Shown piece by piece: positions 32,901 to 45,427 of a DNA stretch of 64,000 bases (positions are counted from its first letter, which is position 1; the number at the start of each line of letters is the position of its first letter). Source of the DNA: Eledone cirrhosa (taxonomy: Eukaryota); contig OZ024741.1 in the NCBI GenBank assembly GCA_964016885.1, positions 130,014,001-130,078,000 on the forward strand, read 5' to 3'. The translations under genes were made by a program, and so were the position numbers. The notes under the pieces are model-generated. The model was given only the letters and a program-made list of their open reading frames with translations. It had not been told where the DNA came from and made no database searches.

Positions 32901-34480
32901 GCTCAATATTGAGCAACTGCTTGAAGTTCATTTCAAATGTTTAACAGATTTCAATTTGCCAATTCCTGATGAAGAAATGCGGCAACGTGTCTTAGCATTG
33001 AACATGAGATTGCAGCTTAGACGGTTGCCACTCGATCGGAGGGAACTATTTCAGTTTGATCCACTGGAACAGCAACGTATTGTGGATGAACGTATGCCAA
33101 TGTTGACCCAATCTCAGAGAGAATTGGTCGATGGCGTTCTCCACTCGATTTCCACTAATGAGCAACTTTGTGCTTTCATAGATGCTTCAGGAGGCACCGG
33201 AAAGACATTCTGTTTCAACACTATGTTATCGGCAGTCACAGCTCAGAGGAAGATTGCTCTCCCTGTGGCCATCAGTGAGATCGCTGCCACTTTGCTGAGT
33301 GGTGGAAGGACCTTCCACTCATGCTTCAAGGCTCCATTGTCTCCGGATGAGTTGAGTGTCTGTAACATTACAGGAGAAAGTGAACTCGCGGGCCTTATAC
33401 GCAATACGTCTCTGATTATTTGGGACGAGGCTCCAATGGCACACAGATATTTGCTGGAGGCATTGGACAGAACTTTGAGAGATATCTGTGGTAGTGACCT
33501 GGTATTCGGTGGTAAGACTATCGTTCTTGGTGGTGATTTCAGACAGGTGCTACCAATTGTTAGGAATGCTCAAAGAGCGCAAATTGTCGATGTATGTCTG
33601 AAAAAGTCCCCGTTGTGGCGCCATTTCAGAGTTTTGCGATTACTTGATAATATGCGACATCGTATGTTCGGGCAAAACGAAGAAGCTGAGACATACAGCC
33701 GATGGTTGATGCAGTTGGGAAACGATGAATTGCCACACGTTGGTGATAATCAGACTGTAAGAATCCCAGACCATTTGGTCATGCCACTGGACCGCCAAGC
33801 ATTGATTGACTGGGTGTTCCCTAATTTGAATGCTTTTTGGCAGAATATCTCCTGGATATCGGAACGCGTTATTCTAACTCATACGAATGCAACGGTCGAT
33901 GAAATAAATTCACCAGTAGCCGGAATGTTTCCTAGAGAGGAATGGTTGACCGTCAGTGCGGATGCAATGGAGCCTAATCAGCAGAACAATATGGATGTTC
34001 CGACTGAGTATCTGAATTCACTTCAAATACCTGGATTTCCCCCTACATATTTTGAGGTTGAAAAAGGGTATGCCGATTATATTGCTTAGAAATATCAATC
34101 ATAAAATGGGTCTTTGCAATGGTACCAGATTGATTGTTGAGAGATTGATTAACGGAAGAGTTTTAGAACCTAAACTCCCAGGCAGAGAGGACTCGGTTCT
34201 CATTCCGAGGATCATGCTGAGACCAAGTGAAGATCTGCTGCCATTCATTTGGCAAAGGAGACAGTTTCCCATCAATTTGGCCTTCTTCATGACTGTCAAC
34301 AAGGCACAGGGACAGACTTTCAAGTGAGTCGGTGTCTACTTGAATGATCCAGCATTCAGTCATGGGCAACTGTATGTTGCTGCATCTCGAGTGTGCGATC
34401 CTGATGGTATATAATTTGCAATTGATACCACTATCAGAGGAACAACCCTGAATATTGTCTATAATGAAGCTTTGAGCTGA
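29960..34480 (+). pseudogene. Helitron Rep-helicase (HUH Y2 endonuclease + Pif1-like helicase), disrupted
   Basis: PDLFITVTCNPEW, YVIEFQKRGLPHAHLL (HUH), KYLFKYVYKG; helicase GGTGKT, IIWDEAPM, GGDFRQVLP, LCNGTRL, RQFP..MTVNKAQGQT; several stops and frameshifts. Confidence 0.93.
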
Positions 34481-34510
34481 TGTATGCATATCTTTAATGC
34501 TATCAATAAG

Positions 34511-34848
34511 CGACGTAAATGATTCGGACATTGGTGTCCTTTGATCAGTATTGTGAGCTTTGACAGAGTTATCATTTATGTTCAATGTCATTTAATGTCG
34601 TTATGAGCAATAAAAACAAACATGTATTGGTAAAAATTGTTTTCACTGCTATGTTGCGCAATAAATACCAACAAGTATTGGTAGAAATTGCCTTCACTGC
34701 TATGAATATTCGACGTAAATGATTCAGACATTGGTGTCCTTTGATCAGTATTGTAAGCTTTGACAGAGTTATCATTTCTGTTCAATGTCATTTATTGTCG
34801 ATAATGAGCAATAAAAAGCAACAAGTATTGGTAGAAATTGCCTTCAAA
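34511..34848. repeat. 200-bp tandem duplication downstream of RepHel
   Basis: CGACGTAAATGATTC(G/A)GACATTGGTGTCC starts at 34511 and 34711. Confidence 0.85.
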
Positions 34849-35239
34849 TTTATCGCTTCTGATAGCGGTGGTAATAAAACCTCATCATATGCTGAGTCTG
34901 GCAAAAGGTTTGGTGCCTATGGCCGGCCAGGGCTAGAGTAATATTGAAAAATGATTCTATTTTCGAAGTAGAAGGATCCGCCATTTGGAGTTCAAACCAG
35001 GCCATCTCCCTGAGTTGAACTCTGGGCAACATTGACTGTCTATTACTCAGTGGCTAAGAGCCTGGAAATTACTGAATACAGGTTTGTGTCATATAATTTG
35101 TTGTTTTATTATTATAGCTGACCACTTATAGATAAGCATGTTATCCATATCCATATTAATTTGGCATTTGTATAAACCATTTCAAGTAAATAGGGACCTT
35201 TTTTACATTGACGGACATCTTTTATATTCATTATCTATA

Positions 35240-35591
35240 TCTATATCTACATATAATATAAAAGATTGGAACTTCCATCATCCCTTTGAGAAACGTGGAA
35301 CAACCACCTCTATGCAATGATTCACGTTTTACAGTCAGACAGAAGATGAACCATCTCCTAGAGGTCACTATTCTAGGTGGGAGCACCTAGAATCGTTCAT
35401 ATACTATGCACAAACAGTACAACGAAGAATCTGGTATATCTGGAAGATTTTTTTACTGTTTTTGGTATCACACAGACACCACGGACTCGCCTCATACTGT
35501 AACCAGACAAACATCCAATACAGTCATTTTCTCTTTTACCTGTCTTCTCTTATCATCTGTTTACCCAGGCGAAGCTGGGTACGTCAGCTAG
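35240..35591 (+). mobile_element. Short non-autonomous Helitron
   Basis: 5' TCTATATCTACATATAATATAAAA; 3' hairpin ACCCAG-GCGAAG-CTGGGT followed by CTAG|T. Confidence 0.7.
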
Positions 35592-35614
35592 TTATTATTA
35601 ATAGTAATAATAGT

Positions 35615-35687
<73 letters not shown>

Positions 35688-35689
35688 TC

Positions 35690-35737
<48 letters not shown>

Positions 35738-36236
35738 CCAACTACGGTTTTTCTTGCCATTGTTACACAATGACACTCTAAAAACTTATTCTATCCCAGA
35801 TTTTAGCCTTTTTAAAAATTCTGGGGTTGATTTTCATCTTTCTTAATTCGTTCATCATTATCAGTCATTCAAGTTGCTGTTTTGTAAATATTGGCTTCAT
35901 TTTGAAGAGAATATTTGGTTATATTCGTGTTTTGTGGCTCTTTGTATGAAATTTACTTCATTTTTCACTAGGTATTTGGTTTTCCAACAGCAGACTAACA
36001 AATACCCAGTTTTCTTGTTTCATCAGACTCCTACCTTCCAGTATTTGTGGTAAGTATAAACTTTCTATATTTGATTTTTAAGTGGTTTGTATTAAATACC
36101 GTCATTATTTTTCTGGGTGTTGCTGGGCAACGCCTTGAAGGGTCGATTATAAGGGTCAGCTTAAGAGCCAAGTCAATTATATCGACTCCAGCTCTTAATC
36201 TGATACTTATTTTATCGATTATTGTTTATCGTGTTA

Positions 36237-36357
<121 letters not shown>

Positions 36358-36488
36358 GTATATACATATATATATATATATACGTATATATATATATATA
36401 TGCATATATATATATACATACAAGTATAAATACACACACACTTGGGTTTATACCTTCCAATATATATATATGAATATATATATATATG

Positions 36489-36543
<55 letters not shown>

Positions 36544-36547
36544 TTGT

Positions 36548-36583
<36 letters not shown>

Positions 36584-36678
36584 AGGTATAAACCCAAGTG
36601 TGTGTGTATGTTTGCATGTATATATATATATGTATATATATATATATAATTTATGCATATATATATATATATAATTTA

Positions 36679-36763
<85 letters not shown>

Positions 36764-37117
36764 GCATAAATTCAGGCGAGACTGCAGGCGAGACGACAGA
36801 CGAAACTATAGGATATCGAATTTCCGGCCGAAGAATTGCCTGTTGATTTATCGAGTTCGAATGTCTCATAATTCAATCGATATATTCAATTATTGGCCAC
36901 AAAAGTCAGAGCTCAGAGGTTGACAAAAGGAAATTGCTGGAATAATTGAACAAACATTGTCTGATAAATAATATTATATCGATATTAAAAATGGCTGCTA
37001 TAACAGGTGGTGTAGGGAGGTGTCCACCTGGTGGATAATTGTATAGCAAGAGGAGAAATAAAACGTGGAATTGGAATAAATAAGAACCGCAGCAGTTATA
37101 CACACATATGCCTATGC

Positions 37118-37455
37118 AATGCTGGTAATAGATCCAGGCCAGATCTGAAAAACAAAAGCCCAAAGCCATTAATAGACACAGGCCAGAGGTGCCCAAAGCA
37201 TCAGTTGTGAATTGTAGGAGTTGAAAGCTGGTAATTGACAAATGCCAGATGTAAAATATGGATGCCTAAAGCTGGTAAATGACACGCGTCAGATGTGAAA
37301 TGTTGTCGCTCAGAGCTGTTAATAGGCACACGCCAGATGTGAAGTAATAGAACCCAAATATGTTAAATGACGCACGCCAGATGTGAAATGCGGACACCTA
37401 CAGCTATTAAATGTCATACGCCAGATGTGAAATATATGTGCCCAAATTTGTTAAT
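37118..37455. repeat. Diverged 44-bp tandem repeat
   Basis: G(C/T)CAGATGT core at 37244, 37288, 37332, 37376, 37420; related cores at 37138, 37182 and 37200. Confidence 0.8.
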
Positions 37456-38311
37456 AAGCCCAGAGCAAATGGGAATGGAGGCTCTATTTCAAACTGCCCA
37501 ATAAATATGTTAGTCATCAGAGCTAAATACATGTTTTATGTACAAGTTACAGGTATCTGTTAGACACGCAGTGACTAACAACTGAATGTTTTAAGTCTGC
37601 GTGTCTGACATATATGCGTAGCTTGTGAATAAAAAATTCAAGGGGTGTCGCTGGCCGTGGTGATGATCGCTGCCAAACATGTTTTGTAATGTATCGCCTT
37701 ATTGGCTAATTTCATCGTCTTATTCGCTAATCAACCAGCGAAAATAATTGTTGCCCAAAAGCATCCGCCATTTTGTTTGCACGTTTATTTATCTTTTCGC
37801 TATCGAATCTTCCTCCTGAATTTCGTCGTTTTATCATCAAAATATTTTTCTCGTTTTGGTAAGTTATATTGTTAATTCATATATGATTTTTTTAAATTTA
37901 TATTAACTATTTTTTTTTTCAGTTCGTTATAACATGCTTATAATATTGGTTGTATCATATTTACTTGTATATTTGTCCATATTATTGTTCGTTTTATGTT
38001 AGATTATTTTATTAGTATTATGTTAGATTATTTTTTATTATTATGGTAGACTATTTGTATGTAATATTTAAATTTTATTAATTCAACTATAACAATTATT
38101 ATGTAAAATATATTTATTTAATATTGATTGTTTTTTGTAGTTGTTTATATTAAAAGTCTGAAAATATTTTTATACATCTTACAATAATATTTATAAGATC
38201 ATTTATAAAATAACAATTATATAATCTAATTACATTACAACGATAATTTATTATTAATATATATCATGTTTAACTAGAGTTATTACAAGCGTTGCCTTAA
38301 AAAAATATTAA

Positions 38312-38757
38312 ACTAGACCTGAAAAATGCGCAAGCTCAAAAGAGCCACAGAATGTTATAATAAACCTTCAAAAGTGTGGGACTAGAGTTGTTGCTCAAAA
38401 ATATTGTAATCATTATCTATCGTACACTCTGTGGCATCCTTTTATAAAAAAGAGACTCATAATGAACTCAAGACGACACGATAATTATTTAAGTGAATTT
38501 ATAATATAGAATTCGGTTTAAGTGCATTTCGTATTAATCATTACTAAACATCTAATATGAGATATTGAACATTCACTTAAATGATTATCGTGTCGTCTTG
38601 AGTTCGTTATGAGTCTCTTTTTTATAAAAGGATGCCACAGAGTGTACGATAGATAATGATTACAATATTTTTGAGCAACAACTCTAGTCCCACACTTTTG
38701 AAGGTTTATTATAACATTCTGTGGCTCTTTTGAGCTTGCGCATTTTTCAGGTCTAGT
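38312..38757. repeat. Inverted repeat with 187-bp arms
   Basis: Arms 38312-38498 and 38571-38757, few mismatches, AT-rich 72-bp spacer. Confidence 0.9.
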
Positions 38758-39540
38758 ATATATATACGTACATACAGTCTTCTTGGTGTGCTTATATGTA
38801 ACAGAACAAAACAAAAACATGACTTTTACTCGAGTAGTCTTTTACAAAATTGTAGGCTCATGCCAAATCGACAACCTTCTCATTCTGCTGTTCTTACATG
38901 CATACATACATATATGGTGGCTGCCAACTCGTTTTCGAGTACGGCCACTACTTTATATCCATGTAGGAGAACCCCTACCGATGCGCTGAACGAGTGTGAC
39001 TTTTTAGTCCAGCCAGCGACTTGAAAACTCTGGTACAAACACTACACTTGTGACAATTATTGACACATAGTGCTGGGCCCATGGTACAATGTGACGACAA
39101 GTGCAGAGAGATCTCCAGATATAAAGCAATGCCTGTGCCGTGAAGCTTTTATAGTAAGCAAAGGCACTGGACAAAGCCAGTCCCACTCTCTTAACCAAGA
39201 TGATATTTACCAAAAAGAAGAACATGTCAACATCATTGGATACCATCAGGGTTGCAGGTGTTATATAGTTTTCCTTCTCCTAGAATTCTGCCTTGACAAA
39301 GGCTAAGGAGTCATCTCTCCCGGTGATTTTGGATGGCCATTGACTCTTAAGAGCTCCTTTGCCCTTTGACAGGTTTTGTTTTTAGTCCTGCAAGATGTCC
39401 AAAGTCACCCTCCTCACCAAGAAACCTTGGTGGGGTCGCCAGTTTACATACATATATACATGCATACATACATACATACATACATACATACATACATACA
39501 TACATACATACATACATACATACATACATGCATACATACA

Positions 39541-39571
<31 letters not shown>

Positions 39572-41461
39572 TGTCACATATACGCATATAGACATATGCA
39601 TGTCTTATGAACCAACATGAGGGGGCTTCTATGTGATCGTTCAACTTGCTAGAAACAATTGTTAAACCTCCATCAAATCACCCTAATTGAAATACTCATA
39701 GCATAGGATAACGTAATATAAAAAACAAAACTCTAATCTTGGAAAGCCTTTGATTATAAATCTTCTCCGTCAGGATTGATTTGAGGATAAACAAAAACAA
39801 CAGCATCCTATTCAAAAACCGTAAGAAGTTCATTAAACTGATTGTCAACGTTTGACTCATGGACATGCTTTAATTACTGGCTCACATCTGCACTGTGTCC
39901 ACTCCATGTCACCCAAACTACATCAGTTCATACTTCCCGTTCCTAATCAACTATGTGCCATCTCAAAACGTTAATCATCAGCAAGTACATTACAATCACT
40001 GTCATACTGACATACTGTGTCATGTATCTGTCATTTCTACCTTTACTACAGCAGTTCCAGTTATGTAACGTCTCATACCTTCATTCATCAACACTACAAC
40101 CTTTGACACTCTGTGTCGTGTCCTCTCCACCTTCATTCTTACTCTCACTTCTATTTCTACTGCTAAGGTTAATCAGAAATCAAAAGGTAGTTTATATAAT
40201 TTCAAATCACACATTCCGAAAAATCCAGGTTGATTACTAAGTAGGTTGTTTCTAATATATCAAGATTATATGATAAAATGCCAGGTCAGAGTTCTAACCG
40301 CTACTGGTACTATGTAACACAGTAAACCTGCTTCATGGTAGAGTGGCCGACAACTAAACCGGCTCCTCTCACCAGACCCTGATCTGGTGTAGAGGGTAAA
40401 CGGAACTCCAGAAACACAAAAAATAGGAGCTGTTTAAAGCAGAGTGGGGGGGGGGGGGGGGTGAACTCAGCAGATTCGGCCATCCTCCCCAACTATGGTT
40501 TAAATAGCTTCAGCAACCCGAAATTGGCCAAGTGTGGTGAGTACAGCTACACCTCTTACATGACCAAAATGAAACAGAAAGTGGTAGAGTTCAACCTGGG
40601 AGTGGTCCCTGCAACAGGAGTGAGAAGGCCCTAGATTTGATTGGATTGGACTGGATATGATAAAACTGAAGATACATAGAGAGAATAGGATAAAAGTCAA
40701 CTCTTCCCTTATAAAAAGAGAATTCAATACTATTGCCTGTTTTCTAGTCCATCTATAAATTTGTCCATCATTTTAAGTACTTTATTCAAACAATAAACCG
40801 TCAACTCCATATGGAAGAATTTAAATGAATTTACAAGAAGAAAAAAAAAAGAAAAATATAAGTTTTGTTGGTGTTCAATAAGATGTTGGAAACTGCTTGC
40901 TATTTTTACATTTATGCTAGGGGACGAAATAGCAGAGTAGGCAGAGGACACTAGCAAATCTCTTGTGTCATTTGTTCACTTTGAATTATAATTCCACCGA
41001 AGTTGATTTTGTTTTTTTTATCATTCCGGCGTCAACACAAATTTACATGCCCAGGGTGGGGGATTGGCAGAATTGTTAAAATTAGACGAGATGCCAATCG
41101 GTTTTCATTCTGGATCATGTGTTCTGAGTTCAATTGTGCTGTGTCATACTTGGCTAGTGGACTTAATCCGCCACCCGATTTAACATCACTATCTCATCTT
41201 GTTAGCGTTTACAGGAATTAACTCTATTGGAAGAAATCAGAGTCGGACCTTCGTTTTCAGAATGCCTACATATCTCACTTCCACTTGTCTCTGAGACATT
41301 GAAATGGGTAAGGATCAATGCACTTTCCTACCCGAATAAACCGTAGAAAATGTAAATACAAAAATAAATAAAATAAAAATCGTTGAAGATGCAAGATTGC
41401 GGTTTCCAAAATGCAATTTCGGTAATATAATCACAATAATAACACAGAAAAAAAAAATAAA

Positions 41462-41660
41462 TAATAATAATAATTGTTTCTACTTTTGGTACGAGGCCAG
41501 CAATTACCCAGTGCATTACTGGTACTTTATTTTATCGACCCCGTAAGGATGAAAGGCAAAGTTAACCTCGGCGGGATTTGAACTCAGACCGTAAAGGGGC
41601 GTAACTACGCTGGAAAGCATGGCGTACGACTCTCTACCGATACTGCCAATCCACCGCCCT
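41462..41660 (-). mobile_element. tRNA-derived SINE abutting the tail of LINE copy 1
   Basis: GGCGGTGGATTGGCAGTATCGGTAGA (A-box-like), GAGTTCAAATCC (B-box), body GCCTTTCATCCTTACGGGGTCGATAAAATAAAGTACCAG, (TTA)n tail. Confidence 0.85.
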
Positions 41661-41709
<49 letters not shown>

Positions 41710-41972
41710 TGATTTCTTTATTAACCACAAGGGTTTACATAAAGTAGACATTAAGGACAGTGCAGGACAATGCAGGACGGTACAAATGGGCATTTCTGCG
41801 TGTAAAAAAACAAAAACAGAGGATGTAACAAAAATAACAATGAAAATAACAATGAAAGATTCCCCAATAGGGGGGAGACTTCGGAGGGACATTTGTGGAG
41901 AAAGCCCAGTAAAAAGCCACAATGACCCTGACCACCAAGGCAAGTGCCCTCTCCCAGTTTTCCACCTTTAGT

Positions 41973-44900
41973 TTACAGATATATACTCAGAGTCGGCCCA
42001 TTCACTCGGGCCATTCTTGCTTCTCTCACCCATCTTTCAACAAAATGCTGGGAAGAGAGCACTTCCTTCTCTACTCTGATTTTCCTTTTCAAATGAAATT
42101 TGAAAAAGTCAATCAGAGCATCACCGAAGAGGTAAGTGCTCGTCTTCAGCCCTTTCAAACGTGTCCACCATACTATCTCTTTCGCCATGGCCACCAGACA
42201 GATAAAAACTGCCTGCCCTTCCCGGCTAAAGGAGGAGGGCGGGGCAATCCTCACGATAGACTCAGATGATAGCTGGATCCGTCCTAAACGCGACAGCAGG
42301 TGTTCGACATAAACCCACAAGTCAGCAATTTTCGGACACTGGACGAGTGCGTGCAGGACGGTTTCGTCGCCCTGCGCGCATCTCGGACATGCCCGGCTGA
42401 CGGCACCTCCATGCCTGTAGAGTTTATCCCGAACTGGCAAGGCTCCTCGGTAGCACTGCCAGGCCAGAGATTTCTGGAAGTTGTCCATAGGCCCTGGCCC
42501 GAAAGTTCTTCCGAAGAGATTGGCTAGTTGATTTTCGTCGACGCCTAGAGTTTCTCCAAGTACGTCGTCGCTCTTCCCCTCCACTAATCCTCTATAGAAC
42601 GCCGAGGTGGAGTTTCCACCGATCACATTGCCCGATTGGTCGAGGGCTGTGAGCGCCTGAAGACATTCCAGTCTCCAGGCGCTCCCTCTCGGTCTTCGCT
42701 TGACCCAGGACTGCAGCTCCGTCAAGGAAACGAGCTGGGGAAAAACGCGTCTAGCAAACGGCGACCACACCTGATCACCGTCGAGGAAGAGGTGGAGATG
42801 TCGTAGCCTGAGCGCGTGCCTGCGCATCATCAGCCACGGCATGCCCAGCCCTCCACGTAGCGGGTGTTGACAACAGATGGACCGCCTGACCATCGGAGCG
42901 CGTCCCTTCCACAAAAAGCGAAAGAGCAAACGCTCCAGCACAGTCAGGCGAGGCTTAGGACAAGGTACGACGGTCAGGCGGTAGCAGATGACGGACGCGA
43001 TGTACGCGTTAGCCACCTCCGCTCGACCTTTCAGGGATAGCTTCCTCTCGGCCCATTTCTGGGTGAGAGAAGCCACCCTGCTCGTCACCTCGTCCCAGTT
43101 TTTGTCCGTCTGGAGGTCCGGACCGAACCAGACCCCTAGCAATTTAACCGGTCCGTCCGTCCAGCGTCCGACGACGCTGTTGGACGGCATGGACCTGCCT
43201 CTCCAGGTGCCGAGCTGCAGGCCCACTGACTTTTCCTGGTTGATCATTGCTCCTGTCACCGCTTCGTATTCTCTTAGTGTAGTGCCGATCGCCTCGATGT
43301 GTTTGGCGTTCGACACCACTACGGTGACATCGTCCGCATATGCTGATACGGATCTTCCGCATCCTAGTTCGCGCGGGACCCCCCTCAACGTCTCCAGTTT
43401 GTGCAGTAATGGCTCGAGAGTCAATACGTACAAGAGGGACGAGAGGGGACATCCTTGGCGGACCGAGCGCATGATGTTGAACGGTTCCGACAGGTGACCG
43501 TTCACTCTCACCACAGAGCAGATGTCGCTGTGCATGGCAGCGATCCAGCCTCTGAAGACGGGCCCAAAGCCAGCCGCCCTCAGGACTGCCGCTAGGTAAC
43601 GATGGTCGACCCTATCGAAAGCTTTCGACTGATCTAAATTGATCAAGGACCCACCCGTGCCAGGTTCCCTAGCTACCCTCTCTACGATGTATCGCATGAG
43701 GTGGAGGTTGTCGTGGATGGATCTGTCGGGAATGGCGCATGTCTGCGCCTCTCCCACCAGACCACCAACGACAAGCGCCAACCTCTTTGCTAGCACCTTG
43801 GCCAAAATCTTAAACTCTGTGTTTAGCAGAGTTATGGGCCGGAAATTTTCTATGTTATCCCCCTTGTTCGGATCCTTTCTCAGCAGTGCCACCGCTCCTC
43901 GGCTCACAGAACTGGGAATTCTCCCGTTCTGTTGCCAGTTGCAGTAGACGTCCGCCAAGAGGCCTCCGAACAAGTCTGGCATCTGTACGTAAAGTTCATA
44001 GGGCAGACCATCCAAACCAGGCGATTTACCCCTTGTGCAGCCAGTCATTGCCTCCCTTACTTCAGCGGCTGTTATCGGCTTTTCGCAACACTTCGCCTCA
44101 GTGGCCGAGAGCCGCGGCAGTCCGTCGAGGTAGACACTAAAGTCCATCCCTCTACCCGGCCCACCGCTGCCCCCGAACAGCTGAGCGAAGTGTCGCTGAA
44201 AAGCTTCACACATTTGCCCGGGATCGAGTAGCATGCGCCCGTCGTGGTCCACCAAAGACCGGATCGTGGCTTTGTTGCCACGACGCGCCTCCGCCACTCG
44301 GGCCCATTGAACGGCTTTCGTCCCCTCGTGTCTGAGAGCACGCACCCTTGCTCTGACAACGCAGCCTTCGTGCTTTGCATTGAAGAATTGGTCAAGGGCC
44401 AATTTCGCCGCAAGCACGTCGGTCGCAATGCCTTTGCTAAGCGCCTCGTCTAATTTTCTAACTAGTTCTCCCTCTGCTCTATTTTTCTCTATTGCTAAAG
44501 CCTTACTAAATCTAATCGATTCTATTCTAATCGCTCTTTTCAGAGCAAACCACCACTTGTTGTTGACGATGGCCCCCGTCAACGCCCGCTTAACTAGTTC
44601 GCTAATCCGGTCTCTGTAGGCCTTGCGCGCTGGTAAGGACGCGTTTAGCTTCCAGTAGCCGGGTCCTCGTCTATGAAGCCTATCTAAGTCAAGCACACAG
44701 GTCACGAATTTGTGGTCCGTGTAGCTGACTATCTTGAATTGTGGACAGCCTATGCTAGACCTATCTATTTCCCTACAAAATACTCTATCTAGATATGATC
44801 TGGATGACCCTATGCGGTTTGTCCAAGTCCACATTGGCACATTCGGGAAATCCAATCGGTACCTGTCAGACAGTTCAAAACGCCTGAGCAGGTTGGTGAG

Positions 44901-45392
44901 GCTCTTGCACCCTCCACCCCTATCCGCTAATCCCACACAGTCCCAGCGTGCATCTAAGATCCCGTTCCAGTCGCCCACTAACACTAAAGAGCGCGACGTT
45001 CCAAGAAAGGTCTCCAGACGCCGGAAGAAATCAGGCCGCCCTGCTCCTGTCGGGGCATAGACGGCCACTAGCCTGAAAGCTTGCCCGTCTCCGCTGGTCA
45101 CGTCCAGCACCACCAGCTTACCCTCTGGGTCCAGGAAGATGGCCCGTATGGCGAGATCCAAACCTCTCCGAAAAAGTACAGCAACTCCTCCACCGGATCC
45201 AGGACGGCTGGGAGATGCGTACACATCGTAGCCGCCGAAGATCGGTGCGAAGGCCCGTGCTTCGGAGATTCTGGTCTCGCTGATGGCCACTACATCTATG
45301 TTTAGTGACCTGAGGTCGTTGAGCAGGTGACCCTGCTTCCATGACGACCCCAAGCCACGCGCATTTATGCTGCCTATTCTGAGTGAGGTCAT
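41973..45392 (-). CDS. ORF2: APE endonuclease + reverse transcriptase + C-terminal zinc finger
   Basis: APE motifs SINARGL, ISETR, GDWNG, YLDR, TDH; RT motifs KSPGLDG, FRPITLLN, LDQSKAFDRVDH, VRQGCPLS, YADD; C-terminal CPRC..ETVLHALVQC. Confidence 0.96.
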   Translation of the reverse strand: MTSLRIGSINARGLGSSWKQGHLLNDLRSLNIDVVAISETRISEARAFAPIFGGYDVYASPSRPGSGGGVAVLFRRGLDLAIRAIFLDPEGKLVVLDVTSGDGQAFRLVAVYAPTGAGRPDFFRRLETFLGTSRSLVLVGDWNGILDARWDCVGLADRGGGCKSLTNLLRRFELSDRYRLDFPNVPMWTWTNRIGSSRSYLDRVFCREIDRSSIGCPQFKIVSYTDHKFVTCVLDLDRLHRRGPGYWKLNASLPARKAYRDRISELVKRALTGAIVNNKWWFALKRAIRIESIRFSKALAIEKNRAEGELVRKLDEALSKGIATDVLAAKLALDQFFNAKHEGCVVRARVRALRHEGTKAVQWARVAEARRGNKATIRSLVDHDGRMLLDPGQMCEAFQRHFAQLFGGSGGPGRGMDFSVYLDGLPRLSATEAKCCEKPITAAEVREAMTGCTRGKSPGLDGLPYELYVQMPDLFGGLLADVYCNWQQNGRIPSSVSRGAVALLRKDPNKGDNIENFRPITLLNTEFKILAKVLAKRLALVVGGLVGEAQTCAIPDRSIHDNLHLMRYIVERVAREPGTGGSLINLDQSKAFDRVDHRYLAAVLRAAGFGPVFRGWIAAMHSDICSVVRVNGHLSEPFNIMRSVRQGCPLSSLLYVLTLEPLLHKLETLRGVPRELGCGRSVSAYADDVTVVVSNAKHIEAIGTTLREYEAVTGAMINQEKSVGLQLGTWRGRSMPSNSVVGRWTDGPVKLLGVWFGPDLQTDKNWDEVTSRVASLTQKWAERKLSLKGRAEVANAYIASVICYRLTVVPCPKPRLTVLERLLFRFLWKGRAPMVRRSICCQHPLRGGLGMPWLMMRRHALRLRHLHLFLDGDQVWSPFARRVFPQLVSLTELQSWVKRRPRGSAWRLECLQALTALDQSGNVIGGNSTSAFYRGLVEGKSDDVLGETLGVDENQLANLFGRTFGPGPMDNFQKSLAWQCYRGALPVRDKLYRHGGAVSRACPRCAQGDETVLHALVQCPKIADLWVYVEHLLSRLGRIQLSSESIVRIAPPSSFSREGQAVFICLVAMAKEIVWWTRLKGLKTSTYLFGDALIDFFKFHLKRKIRVEKEVLSSQHFVERWVREARMARVNGPTLSIYL

Positions 45393-45427
45393 GTTTAAAA
45401 TAGAGTGGAAAAGATGGGAAAGACCAC

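Larger units (their letters stand above)
29844..35234 (+). mobile_element. Decayed autonomous Helitron-like element (boundaries uncertain)
   Basis: RepHel pseudogene bracketed by a ~50-bp direct repeat at 29844-29894 and 35185-35234. Confidence 0.7.

Noticed and set aside
37118-37455. CRISPR-like repeat/spacer appearance
   Set aside because: Variable parts are only ~10 nt, repeats are degenerate, no cas genes, eukaryotic context.
41560-41660. Possible tRNA gene as LINE target
   Set aside because: A/B boxes belong to a multi-copy SINE head; no convincing cloverleaf seen.
42988-43497. 169-aa antisense ORF recurring in all four LINE copies
   Set aside because: Shadow of GC-rich ORF2; recurrence is explained by copy identity.
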